From the IMG/VR virus record IMGVR_UViG_2728369393_000007: DNA of 64,000 nucleotides; one strand, given 5' to 3'. A program made the position numbers and the translations under genes. Each line of letters opens with the position of its first letter. Position 1 is the stretch's first letter. The notes beneath the pieces were generated by a model, which saw nothing but the letters and a program-made list of their open reading frames with translations, was not told the origin of the DNA and searched no databases. Below, piece by piece: positions 17,294 to 25,882 of this stretch. This stretch comes from a virus. Its lineage: Duplodnaviria; Heunggongvirae; Uroviricota; Caudoviricetes.

Positions 17294-19231
17294 GTGACTC
17301 TTAAACGGGCCTGTTCCCTGCTGACGGTGAAATCCTTCAGTGAGGATGAACGGGTGATCACCGGGATTGCGTCAACGCCTTCTCCGGATCGGGATGGTGA
17401 CATCCTGGAGCCGGAGGGGGCGGAGTTTGGCAGTACGATCCCGTTTCTCTGGCAGCATGACCATTCCCGCCCTGTAGGCCAGTGTACGGTGCGTCGGGTC
17501 AGGGAAGGGCTGGAAATCACGGCAATGCTGGTGAAGCCGGAGCCGGGGATGCCCTCCCAGATGGCAGCCCGGCTGGATGAGGCCTGGGCTGCCATTAAGA
17601 CCGGGCTGGTCAGGGGGCTTTCTGTGGGCTTCCGGCCCCATGAATACACTTATCTGGACGGAGGCGGACTGCATTTTCTGCGCTGGGAGCTGATGGAGGT
17701 GTCTGCCGTCACCGTGCCCGCGAATGCGGAATGCACCATCCGGACCATTAAATCTTTCGACCGCCCGTTTTCTGCCGCGTCCGGCAACCGGAGACCGGTG
17801 GTGAAAATCGCATCTTCTGCCGGCGCTTCGGCACAGTCAATAACCTCTTTTCATAAGGAAAAGTCAGCAATGAATACTGGTGAACAGATTAAAAGTTTTG
17901 AAAACAAGCGTGCGGCGCTGGCAGCCTCCCTTGAGGAGATCATGAACAAAGCCGCAGAGGAAGGCCGCACACTGGATGTGGAAGAGGAAGAGCACTACGA
18001 CAACACCGCAGCGGAAATCCGTCAGGTGGATGCGCACCTGAAGCGTCTGTGTGAACTGGAAACCAGTAAGGCCGCCACGGCACAGCCGGTGAAACAGGCC
18101 GGTAACGGGAATGTGGCCACGGTGGCTTCAGCGCCGGTGATCCGTGTTGAGCAGAAACTGGATAAGGGGATTGGCTTTGCCCGCTTTGCCAAATCATTGG
18201 CTGCGGCTAAAGGTGTCCGCTCTGAGGCCCTGGAAGTGGCCCGTCGTCAGTATCCGGATGACAGCCGTCTGCACCATGTTCTGAAATCGGCGGTGGGGGC
18301 AGGGACCACCACGGACCCGCAGTGGGCAGGCAGCCTGTCTGAATATCAGGAATATGCGCAGGACTTTATTGATTACCTGCGTCCGCAGACCATTATCGGG
18401 CGATTTGGTCAGGGCGGGATCCCTGCACTTCGTCTGGTGCCGTTCAATATCCGCGTGCATGCCCAGGTGTCCGGCGGTGCTGCCGGCTGGGTGGGGGAGG
18501 GTAAGGCCAGACCCCTGACGAAGTTTGATTTTGAGTCCATCACCTTCAGTCATGCGAAGGTGTCGGCCATTGCGGTACTGACGGAAGAGCTGATCCGCTT
18601 TTCCAGTCCGGCAGCTGATGCACTGGTCCGTAATGCGCTGGCAGAAGCGGTGGTGGCGCGTCTGGACACAGACTTTGTGGACCCGAAAAAAGCTGCAGTG
18701 GCAGATGTCTCCCCGGCGTCCATCACCCATGATGTGAAGGGCACGGCATCAACCGGTAACCCGGATGCGGATGCCGAGGCCGCGTTTGGCCAGTTTGTGA
18801 CGGCAAGTCTGCAGCCCACTGGTGCTGTCTGGCTGATGTCCAGCACGAATGCCCTGGCGCTGTCCATGCGTAAAAATGCGCTGGGTCAGAAGGAATATCC
18901 GGACATGACCCTGCTGGGCGGGACCTTTCAGGGGCTTCCGGTGATTGTCTCCCAGTATGTGGGTGACCAGCTGGTACTGGTGAATGCACCGGATATTTAT
19001 CTGGCGGATGACGGCGGTGTGGCAGTGGATATGTCCCGTGAAGCGTCACTGGAAATGCAGTCTGAGCCGGGCGGCGACAGCACCACACCGTCGCCGGTGG
19101 AGCTGGTTTCCATGTTCCAGACCGGCAGCGTGGCCATCCGTGCGGAGCGCTGGATCAACTGGCGTCGTCGCCGTACTGCGGCGGTGGCGGTGATCACCGG
19201 TGTGAACTACGGCAGTGCGTCCGGCGGCTGA
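17294..19231 (+). CDS. prohead protease - major capsid protein fusion (HK97 family)
   Basis: GTG with AGGAGG RBS; N-terminal protease-like block (…GLSVGFRPHEY…EVSAVTVPAN) and C-terminal HK97-type capsid block. Confidence 0.75.
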   Translation: MTLKRACSLLTVKSFSEDERVITGIASTPSPDRDGDILEPEGAEFGSTIPFLWQHDHSRPVGQCTVRRVREGLEITAMLVKPEPGMPSQMAARLDEAWAAIKTGLVRGLSVGFRPHEYTYLDGGGLHFLRWELMEVSAVTVPANAECTIRTIKSFDRPFSAASGNRRPVVKIASSAGASAQSITSFHKEKSAMNTGEQIKSFENKRAALAASLEEIMNKAAEEGRTLDVEEEEHYDNTAAEIRQVDAHLKRLCELETSKAATAQPVKQAGNGNVATVASAPVIRVEQKLDKGIGFARFAKSLAAAKGVRSEALEVARRQYPDDSRLHHVLKSAVGAGTTTDPQWAGSLSEYQEYAQDFIDYLRPQTIIGRFGQGGIPALRLVPFNIRVHAQVSGGAAGWVGEGKARPLTKFDFESITFSHAKVSAIAVLTEELIRFSSPAADALVRNALAEAVVARLDTDFVDPKKAAVADVSPASITHDVKGTASTGNPDADAEAAFGQFVTASLQPTGAVWLMSSTNALALSMRKNALGQKEYPDMTLLGGTFQGLPVIVSQYVGDQLVLVNAPDIYLADDGGVAVDMSREASLEMQSEPGGDSTTPSPVELVSMFQTGSVAIRAERWINWRRRRTAAVAVITGVNYGSASGG

Positions 19232-19275
19232 GTCTGATGAGGAGGGCGGGAGGTGAGAGCGTCCCGCAGTAACTG

Positions 19276-19497
19276 ATGGCAAAAATCCGATATCTGCAGG
19301 GTACACATGATGCCCGGCCCGGGGATATCCGGGATGTCGCACAGCCGTGTGCGGAGGTGCTGGTTCGCCTGAGGAAGGCGGAGTACATCACAGCGCGACG
19401 TCCGGTGGGTCAGAAAAAGAAACATGATGCGGAGCATAGCGAATGTGGAACTTTTTGCGACGAACCCGAAAAAACCAGAAATCAGGACGTGATGTAA
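19276..19497 (+). CDS. hypothetical small phage protein
   Basis: 73-aa ORF between capsid and portal; weak RBS; overlaps portal start by 55 nt. Confidence 0.25.
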   Translation: MAKIRYLQGTHDARPGDIRDVAQPCAEVLVRLRKAEYITARRPVGQKKKHDAEHSECGTFCDEPEKTRNQDVM

Positions 19498-20885
19498 AAG
19501 AGGTGGGCTGGACCAGCCTGTTTCAGGCGGTGGCTGAGCCCTTTGCCGGCGCCTGGCAGCAGGGTGTGAAAGCCGATCCGGAAAGTGTCCTCTCCTTTCA
19601 TGCGGTGTTTTCTTGCATTTCGCTGATATCCCAGGATATCGCCAAAATGCGGCTGCGCCTGATGCAGACGGATACACAGGGGATCCGCCGTGAAAAACGG
19701 CAGGGGGATATTGCCCGTCTCTGTCGTCGTCCCAATGCACAGCAGAATCGTATCCAGTTTTTTGAACTGTGGCTGAACGCCAAACTGCGTCACGGCAATA
19801 CGGTGGTGCTGAAAATCCGTAACTCCCGGGGGCAGATCAAAGAACTGCGTATTCTGGACTGGAGCCGGGTTGAACCTCTGGTGGCGGATGACGGCGAGGT
19901 GTTCTATCGCATCACGCCGGACCGGAACTGCGGGATCACGGAGGCGGTGACGGTGCCTGCCCGGGAAGTGATCCACGACCGGTTTAACTGTTTTTTTCAT
20001 CCGCTTGTGGGGCTGCCGCCGGTGTATGCCGCCGGGCTGGCGGCCACGCAGGGGCATCATATTCAGGAAAATTCGACGTCTTTTTTCAGAAATGGCGGCA
20101 GGCCGTCCGGGGTGATTGAGATCCCCGGCAGTATTACGGAAGAAAATGCGAAAAAACTGAAGAGCAACTGGGACAGCGGGTATACCGGCGAAAATGCGGG
20201 GAAAACGGCCATTTTGAGCAACGGGGCAAAATACAACCCCACGACGTTTTCACCGGTGGATGCGCAGACGGTGGAACAACTGAAGATGACCGCTGAAATT
20301 GTCTGTTCGGTGTTCCGTGTCCCGGCCTACAAGATTGGCGTTGGCCAGCCACCTTCCAGTGACAACGTGGAGGCGCTGGAGCAGCAGTATTATTCCCAGT
20401 GCCTGCAGACGCTGATTGAGTCCATTGAACTGTTACTGGATGAGGCGCTGGAAACGGGGGAAAACGAGAGTACGGAGTTTGACGTCACCACGCTGCTGAG
20501 AATGGACAGCGAACGGCGCATGAAAACGCTGGGTGAGTCGGTGAAAAATACGCTTCTCACGCCCAATGAGGCCCGTAAACGTGAGAACCTGCCGCCCCTT
20601 GCCGGCGGTGATGCACTGTATCTTCAGCAGCAGAACTACAGTCTGGAGGCGCTGTCCCGTCGTGATGCCCGTGAAGATCCGTTTGCGTCGTCCGGGAAAA
20701 GAGTTTCAGCCCAACTGCCTGACGGCGCATCTGACGGTAATAAGGCAATCAGTGAAACAGAGCATGGTGCGGTGAAAGCGATGTTGAGGGGATACTGCGA
20801 AAATGACGGAACGGGAACTGTCCATTATTCGTGCACTGGGAGAAGAATTCGCCACGGTGCTGGCGGATTTACAGCGCACATTTGA
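19443..20885 (+). CDS. portal protein (HK97 family)
   Basis: Motifs …SFFRNGGRPSGVIEIPG…, …VFRVPAYKIGVG…, …TPNEARKRENLPPLAGGD; C-terminal 40 aa look atypical. Confidence 0.7.
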   Translation: MWNFLRRTRKNQKSGRDVKEVGWTSLFQAVAEPFAGAWQQGVKADPESVLSFHAVFSCISLISQDIAKMRLRLMQTDTQGIRREKRQGDIARLCRRPNAQQNRIQFFELWLNAKLRHGNTVVLKIRNSRGQIKELRILDWSRVEPLVADDGEVFYRITPDRNCGITEAVTVPAREVIHDRFNCFFHPLVGLPPVYAAGLAATQGHHIQENSTSFFRNGGRPSGVIEIPGSITEENAKKLKSNWDSGYTGENAGKTAILSNGAKYNPTTFSPVDAQTVEQLKMTAEIVCSVFRVPAYKIGVGQPPSSDNVEALEQQYYSQCLQTLIESIELLLDEALETGENESTEFDVTTLLRMDSERRMKTLGESVKNTLLTPNEARKRENLPPLAGGDALYLQQQNYSLEALSRRDAREDPFASSGKRVSAQLPDGASDGNKAISETEHGAVKAMLRGYCENDGTGTVHYSCTGRRIRHGAGGFTAHI

Positions 20886-23800
20886 GGAGAAGATGGCCGC
20901 GCAGGCACAAGCGTTTGAAGAGAAACTGGCTTCCCTGTCGGCGGTATTACAGAAGCATGTGACGGTGGATGAGGTACATCCGGTTCTGCAGGCGATGGTG
21001 GATGACGCTGCCACCGGACACCTGATTTCACTGGCTGATGAGTGGAGTTCCGTGAATGCCCGTCTGAAACAGGCGTCGCAGTCATCTGATGAATTTTCGT
21101 CATCACAGAAAGTGCTGATGGATATCAGCCAGCGGACAGGCACGGCATTTTCGGATAATGCGGCCCTGTTTGCCCGTTCGGCTGCCTCGATGCGTGAATA
21201 TGGTTACAGTGCCGGTGATGTACTGAAGGTGACGGAGGCCATTTCGACAGGGCTGAAAATATCCGGTGCCAGTACGGCAGAGGCGGGCTCGGTGATCACC
21301 CAGTTCAGCCAGGCGCTGGCACAGGGTGTGTTACGGGGTGAGGAATTTAATTCGGTCAATGAAAGCGGAGACCGGATCATACGTGCACTGGCTGCGGGTA
21401 TGGGCGTGGCCCGTAAAGACCTTAAGGCGATGGCGGACGACGGCAAACTGACGGCGGATAAAGTCGTTCCTGCGTTAATCAGCCAGCTGGGGGTATTGCG
21501 TGATGAATATGCCGCCATGCCGGAAACGGTCTCTGACGGGATCACAAAGGTGGAAAACGCCTTTATGGCCTGGGTGGGTGGCGCGAATGAAGCCAGCGGA
21601 GCGACGAAAACGCTCTCCGGCGTGCTGAACGGTGTTGCCGGTAATATTGATAATGTGGCAACAGCCGCGGGGGCGCTGGTTGCCGTCGGGGTGGCCCGGT
21701 ACTTTGGCAATATGGCCGCAGGCGTGGGAAAGGCCACCACAGAGCTGATCGCGGCGAAGTCCGGGACGGTTGCCCTTGCAGCCGCACAGGCAGATGCGGC
21801 TGTTCAGGTGCAGCGTAAGGCGGCAGCTGACGCGCTGGCGGCAGAACGTGCCTGGCAACTGGCACAGGCTGAACTTGCACTGGCCAGAAATAGCAGTGCG
21901 GAGGCGCTGCCCACACAGAATGCCGTCGCAAAACGCCGGGCCATGATTGTGGCCAATGCCGCACTGGTACAGTCGAATCAGGCGGTGGCGGCCTCGAGGA
22001 AGGCGCTGGAGAATGCCACGTCGGTTACGGGAATGCTGAAAAGTGGCGCGGCATCCCTGCTTTCGCTTGTCGGCGGGATACCCGGTTTACTGATGCTGGG
22101 AGCCGGTGCCTGGTACACGGTGTACCAGAATCAGGAACAGGCCAGGGAGTCCGCCCGTCAGTATGCATCGACGATTGATGAAATCCGGGCAAAGGTACCG
22201 GGAATGACCCTTCCGGAACTGGCTGATAATGAGGGTAAAACTCGCGAGGCACTGGAAGAGCAGAATCGTCTGATTGCTGAGCAGGAAAGTAAAGTCCGGG
22301 GACTGAAAACACAGATTGCTGACTATCAGCGCTGGCTGCAGGAAAATCCACAGGGTGGTTCAGGTGTGGAGATTATAACCCACGGCCTTGCGGAGGCAAC
22401 TGGCAAACTGGCGGTTGAACAGTCACGACTGACACAGATGCAGGAAAAGGCGAAGTCTGTACAGGAAGCTCTGGCGTCACTGGAATACAACCGTGTGGCG
22501 AGGATACGCGAGGAGGCAGCAGAGCAGAACAGAGCATACCAGGCATTGCTGCAGATGAATGTTCAGCATACGGAATTTAACCGTCTGCTGGGGCTGGGGA
22601 ATGAACTGCTTCAGCAGCGGCAGGGACTGGTGAATGTGCCGTTACGGCTGCCACAGGCCACCCTGGATGATAAACAGCAGAGTGCCCTGACAAAAACAGA
22701 GCGTGAGCTGGCCCTGTCCAGACTGAAAGGGGAAGAAAAAGAGCGTGTCCGGCTGGGGTATGCGGCGGATGACCTCGGTTTTGTGGGGGATCCGTATCAG
22801 GAGGCGAGACAGCGTTATATCAGTAATGCCCTGGAAGCCTGGCGCAATAACGAGGCGAATAAACCTAAATCCCGGGGTGGAAAATCAGAGCCGGAAAAAG
22901 CGGAAGACAGTTTTTCCCGGCTGCTTAAGCAGCAGAAGGCGCAACTGGCACTGGCCGGTCAGAACACGGAGCTGGCGAAGCTGAAGTACCAGACAGCGCT
23001 GGGTGAGCTGAAAACCCTGACGGAGATGCAGAAGCAGGAACTGCTGCGTAACGCGGCCCTGATTGACCAGCAAAAAATCCGGGAACAGTTGCGATCCCGG
23101 GAAGAGACCCTGAAGAATGATAATGTGGCTGCGCGTGCATCAAATGAAGCCGAACTGCTGGGGTACGGGCAGGGAGAACGAGCCAGGGAACGCATGCGGG
23201 AGTTGCAGCAGATCCGCGACAGCTTCCGCCAGAAGGATGCGGACCTTCAGTCTCAGTATCAGACCGGGGATATCAGTGAGGATTTTTACAGACAGGCACG
23301 GGCACAGAACGCGCAGTATCTGAGCGAACGCCTTAAGGACCAGGCAGCCTTTTATGCCGAATCGGATGTGCAGCGTGCGGACTGGCAGAAAGGGCTGCAG
23401 GAGGGATTCAGTAACTGGGTGGATAATGCGTCCGATTACGCCTCTCAGGCAGCACAGCTGGCGACTGAGGGGATTTCAGGACTGGTGAATAACATCACGG
23501 AGATGCTGAACGGAAACAAAGTGGAATGGCGCAACTGGGCCTCATCCGTACTGCAGGAAATCTCAAAAGTCCTTATGAATGCCGCGATTGTCAACGGGAT
23601 CAAGACGGCGGCAAACGGTATGTCCGGTGCAGGAGGATTTCTTGGCAGCATTGGTGACTGGCTGGGCGGTGCGGTGGTCAATGCAAAAGGCGGCGTGTAT
23701 ACCTCGGCAAACCTGAGCGCGTACAGCAACAGCATTGTGGATACGCCCACGTACTTTGCGTTTGCAAAAGGGGCCGGGCTGATGGGGGAAGCCGGACCTG

Positions 23801-24039
23801 AAGCCATTATGCCCCTGACCCGGGCGGCGGATGGCTCGCTGGGCGTACGCGCCGTGGGCAGTATGAACGGCAGTGCTGGTCTGGTGTATTCCCCGGTCTA
23901 CCACATCGCCATTCAGAATGACGGGGCTAACGGACAGATAGGGCCGGAGGCGGCAGGCAGTCTTGTGCAGCTGATTGACCAGCGGGTGCAGGCGGTGATG
24001 CTGTCCATGCGACGTGACGGAGGAATGCTGAGTGGCTGA
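20803..24039 (+). CDS. tail tape measure protein
   Basis: 1078 aa, Ala/Gln-rich coiled-coil centre, C-terminus …HIAIQNDGANGQIGPEAAGSL…RDGGMLSG resembling lambda H C-terminus. Confidence 0.75.
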   Translation: MTERELSIIRALGEEFATVLADLQRTFEEKMAAQAQAFEEKLASLSAVLQKHVTVDEVHPVLQAMVDDAATGHLISLADEWSSVNARLKQASQSSDEFSSSQKVLMDISQRTGTAFSDNAALFARSAASMREYGYSAGDVLKVTEAISTGLKISGASTAEAGSVITQFSQALAQGVLRGEEFNSVNESGDRIIRALAAGMGVARKDLKAMADDGKLTADKVVPALISQLGVLRDEYAAMPETVSDGITKVENAFMAWVGGANEASGATKTLSGVLNGVAGNIDNVATAAGALVAVGVARYFGNMAAGVGKATTELIAAKSGTVALAAAQADAAVQVQRKAAADALAAERAWQLAQAELALARNSSAEALPTQNAVAKRRAMIVANAALVQSNQAVAASRKALENATSVTGMLKSGAASLLSLVGGIPGLLMLGAGAWYTVYQNQEQARESARQYASTIDEIRAKVPGMTLPELADNEGKTREALEEQNRLIAEQESKVRGLKTQIADYQRWLQENPQGGSGVEIITHGLAEATGKLAVEQSRLTQMQEKAKSVQEALASLEYNRVARIREEAAEQNRAYQALLQMNVQHTEFNRLLGLGNELLQQRQGLVNVPLRLPQATLDDKQQSALTKTERELALSRLKGEEKERVRLGYAADDLGFVGDPYQEARQRYISNALEAWRNNEANKPKSRGGKSEPEKAEDSFSRLLKQQKAQLALAGQNTELAKLKYQTALGELKTLTEMQKQELLRNAALIDQQKIREQLRSREETLKNDNVAARASNEAELLGYGQGERARERMRELQQIRDSFRQKDADLQSQYQTGDISEDFYRQARAQNAQYLSERLKDQAAFYAESDVQRADWQKGLQEGFSNWVDNASDYASQAAQLATEGISGLVNNITEMLNGNKVEWRNWASSVLQEISKVLMNAAIVNGIKTAANGMSGAGGFLGSIGDWLGGAVVNAKGGVYTSANLSAYSNSIVDTPTYFAFAKGAGLMGEAGPEAIMPLTRAADGSLGVRAVGSMNGSAGLVYSPVYHIAIQNDGANGQIGPEAAGSLVQLIDQRVQAVMLSMRRDGGMLSG

Positions 24040-24373
24040 GATAAAAACGCTGCATCTGGTCCCGCGTGAAGGGATGCAGGTGAGTGAGAAGCCGTCGGTG
24101 GTGAGGGTGCGGTTTGGTGACGGTTATGAACAGCGCCGCCCCACAGGGCTGAATCCTCAACTGAAGACGTTTCAGGCGGTGTTCCGGGTGACGGATGAGT
24201 CAACCCGGTGCTGGCTGGATGAATTTTTATCCTGGCATGGTGGTTACCGTGCCTTTTTATGGCGACCGCCGAAACATAACCGGATGGTCAGGGTGGTATG
24301 CCGTGAGTGGAGCGTCACGGATAACGTCCGGTACAGTGATTTCAGTTGTACGATTGAGCAGGTGGTGAACTGA
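24032..24373 (+). CDS. minor tail protein M
   Basis: …VVRVRFGDGYEQRRPTGLNPQLKTFQAVF… resembles lambda M; GTG start overlapping tape-measure stop. Confidence 0.8.
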   Translation: MAEIKTLHLVPREGMQVSEKPSVVRVRFGDGYEQRRPTGLNPQLKTFQAVFRVTDESTRCWLDEFLSWHGGYRAFLWRPPKHNRMVRVVCREWSVTDNVRYSDFSCTIEQVVN

Positions 24374-25071
24374 TGCAGGACATTCATGAAGAAAGTCTGA
24401 ACGAGTCGGTTAAATCAGAGCAGTCACCGCGGGTGGTGCTCTGGGAAATTGACCTGACGGTGCAGGGTGGTGAGCGGTATTTTTTCTGCAATGAGCTGAA
24501 TGAAAAAGGGGAGCCGGTCACCTGGCAGGGGCGGAAGTACCAGGCATACCCGATTGACGGCAGTGGCTTTGAGATGAACGGGAAGGGCAGCAGTGCCAGA
24601 CCGTCGATGACGGTGTCCAATCTGTTCGGTCTGGTCACCGGGATGGCGGAAGACCTGCAGAGTCTGGTGGGGGCCACGGTGGTCCGCCGCCGGGTGTATG
24701 CCCGTTTTCTGGATGCGGTGAATTTCGTTGCGGGCAATCCGGAGGCAGACCCGGAGCAGGAGCTGAGTGACCGCTGGGTGGTGGAGCAGATGTCGCAGCT
24801 GACAGCCATGACGGCCTCGTTTGTGCTGGCCACACCGACCGAGACGGACGGAGCGCTGTTTCCCGGTCGCATCATGCTGGCGAACACCTGTATGTGGGAT
24901 TACCGGGGAGAGGAGTGCGGTTTCACCGGCGGGGCGGTGGCGGATGAGTTCGACAACCCCACCACGGATATCCGGAAGGACAGATGCAGTAAATGCATGC
25001 GCGGGTGTGAGATGCGCGGCATGGTGGCTAATTTCGGCGGTTTCCTTTCCATTAATAAACTTTCGCAGTAA
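24373..25071 (+). CDS. minor tail protein L
   Basis: 232 aa with C-terminal Cys cluster; ATG overlaps M stop. Confidence 0.8.
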   Translation: MQDIHEESLNESVKSEQSPRVVLWEIDLTVQGGERYFFCNELNEKGEPVTWQGRKYQAYPIDGSGFEMNGKGSSARPSMTVSNLFGLVTGMAEDLQSLVGATVVRRRVYARFLDAVNFVAGNPEADPEQELSDRWVVEQMSQLTAMTASFVLATPTETDGALFPGRIMLANTCMWDYRGEECGFTGGAVADEFDNPTTDIRKDRCSKCMRGCEMRGMVANFGGFLSINKLSQ

Positions 25072-25081
25072 ATCCCGTTTT

Positions 25082-25882
25082 ATGACACAGACTGAATCAG
25101 CGATTCTGGCGCATGCCCGGCGGTGTGCGCCAGCGGAGTCGTGCGGCTTCGTGATAAGCACCCCGGAGGGCGAACGGTACCAGCCCTGTGTGAATGTCTC
25201 CGCAGAGCCGGAGGCGTATTTTCGTATTGCACCGGAAGACTGGCTGCGGGCAGAGATGCAGGGGGAGATTGTGGCACTGGTCCACAGTCATCCCGGTGGT
25301 CTGCCCTGGCTGAGCGAGGCCGACCGGCGGCTGCAGATAAAAAGTGCACTGTCCTGGTGGCTGGTCTGCCCGGGGGACATTCATAAATTCCGCTGTGTGC
25401 CACATCTGACAGGACGGCTCTTTGAGCACGGGGTGACGGACTGTTACACGCTGTTCCGGGATGCCTACCATCTGGCGGGAATTGATATGCCGGATTTTGA
25501 GCGTGAGGATGACTGGTGGCGTAACGGTCAGAACCTTTACCTGGACAATATGGCGGTCACCGGCTTTTACCGGGTGCCCCTGTCCTCTGCACAGGCGGGC
25601 GATATCCTGCTGTGCTGCTTTGGCGCATCGGTGGCCAATCATGCCGCCATTTACTGCGGCAACGGTGAACTGCTTCACCATCTGCCTGAACAACTGAGTA
25701 AACGGGAGAGGTATTCCGAAAAATGGCAACGACGAACGCATTCAGCCTGGCGTCACCGCCACTGGCACGTATCTGCCTTCACGGGGATTTACAACGATTT
25801 GGCCGCCGCCTCAGCCTGTACCCGAACACGGCGATTGTGGGGCTGCAGGTGGATGCGGAGCAGTTTGGCGGTCAGCAGATGA
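25082..25882 (+). CDS. tail assembly protein K (JAB/MPN + NlpC/P60-like)
   Basis: …EIVALVHSHPGG… and …GVTDCYTLFRDAYHLAGI… motifs; 3' end altered by the I::J deletion. Confidence 0.75.
   Translation: MTQTESAILAHARRCAPAESCGFVISTPEGERYQPCVNVSAEPEAYFRIAPEDWLRAEMQGEIVALVHSHPGGLPWLSEADRRLQIKSALSWWLVCPGDIHKFRCVPHLTGRLFEHGVTDCYTLFRDAYHLAGIDMPDFEREDDWWRNGQNLYLDNMAVTGFYRVPLSSAQAGDILLCCFGASVANHAAIYCGNGELLHHLPEQLSKRERYSEKWQRRTHSAWRHRHWHVSAFTGIYNDLAAASACTRTRRLWGCRWMRSSLAVSR

Noticed and set aside
24424-25161. 245-aa minus-strand ORF inside tail gene L/K
   Set aside because: Shadow ORF in GC-rich coding DNA opposite well-supported tail genes
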